Origin: a virus
Length of the DNA: 64,000 bases
Reading direction: 5' to 3' (one strand)
Virus record (IMG/VR): IMGVR_UViG_3300025326_000029
Span: 2,390 to 66,389 of that record
Shown here: one piece after another, positions 63,775-64,000 of the stretch
How positions within the stretch are numbered: position 1 is the stretch's first letter
How the letters are laid out: each line of letters starts with the position of its first letter
Notes under the pieces: generated by a model
Told to the model about the DNA's origin: nothing
Databases searched by the model: none
Seen by the model: the letters and a program-made list of their open reading frames with translations, nothing else
Translations under genes and position numbers: made by a program

Positions 63775-63918
63775 TTCTATTATACAGGAGCACGTGAGAG
63801 GAGTGAGTAGCGAGCTGGAGGTAGCTATTCTATTATATAGAGTTTCAGAGTAAGTAGCGAGCTAGAAGTAGAGTTCTATTATATAGAGTTTCAGAGCAAG
63901 TAGCGTGCTAGAGGTAGA
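63775..63918 (-). repeat. Tandem ~46-bp repeats each carrying TATAAT on the minus strand (candidate stacked early promoters)
   Basis: TTCTATTATA at 63775, 63828, 63874; TTCTATTATATAGAGTTTCAGAG twice; AGTAGCG(A/T)GCT three times. Confidence 0.75.
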
Positions 63919-64000
63919 TGCGCAGGCCCAACCTCTGGCCGATGCCAGAAGGCATCGGCAGGGGGGGGGGGCGGCCCGGTACGTTCGAGGGTTTCGCCGG

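Noticed and set aside
63775-63918. Possible mini CRISPR array
   Set aside because: Units are tandem with near-identical intervening sequence; no unique spacers and no cas operon
1-64000. Stop-codon reassignment
   Set aside because: Long conserved genes are intact under the standard code, and TAA, TAG and TGA all end genes at sensible boundaries

Overview
This window is a large piece of a tailed dsDNA bacteriophage genome, probably a siphovirus with a long non-contractile tail. The host may be actinobacterial, which is an inference from protein-family resemblance and a leaderless promoter. Almost all genes are on the minus strand. Read in transcription direction (right to left) the order is: tandem TATAAT repeats and small early genes (64.0-60.4 kb); a GT-B glycosyltransferase and HTH regulators; two divergent lysozyme-fold genes; protease/scaffold, decoration protein, major capsid, head-tail genes, major tail, frameshifted chaperone, a ~2,900-aa tape measure, Dit, tail-tip and collar genes (57-33.5 kb); an SF2 helicase and a cluster of 2 glycosyltransferases + 3 SAM methyltransferases; a small plus-strand cassette; a full replication/recombination module (initiator with candidate iterons, DnaB, primase, SSB, MBD4-like glycosylase, Orn, DnaE, RecA, 5'-3' exonuclease, papain-like protease, sigma-LuxR fusion, resolvase, Cas4-like nuclease); and, separated from the capsid genes, terminase, portal, a beta-helix spike and paralogous virion-like proteins. 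No tRNA, CRISPR array, integrase or reverse transcriptase was recognised. The most unusual signals are a multi-hairpin RNA fused to a potentially switchable terminator inside the tail operon, an SD-sequestering leader RNA, three genes that appear to start at near-cognate codons (ATT, ATA, CTG), a glycan-building/methylating enzyme set, and a modular lyase-repeat-tail-tip fusion. All calls come from reading motifs by eye; no database search or RNA folding was run.
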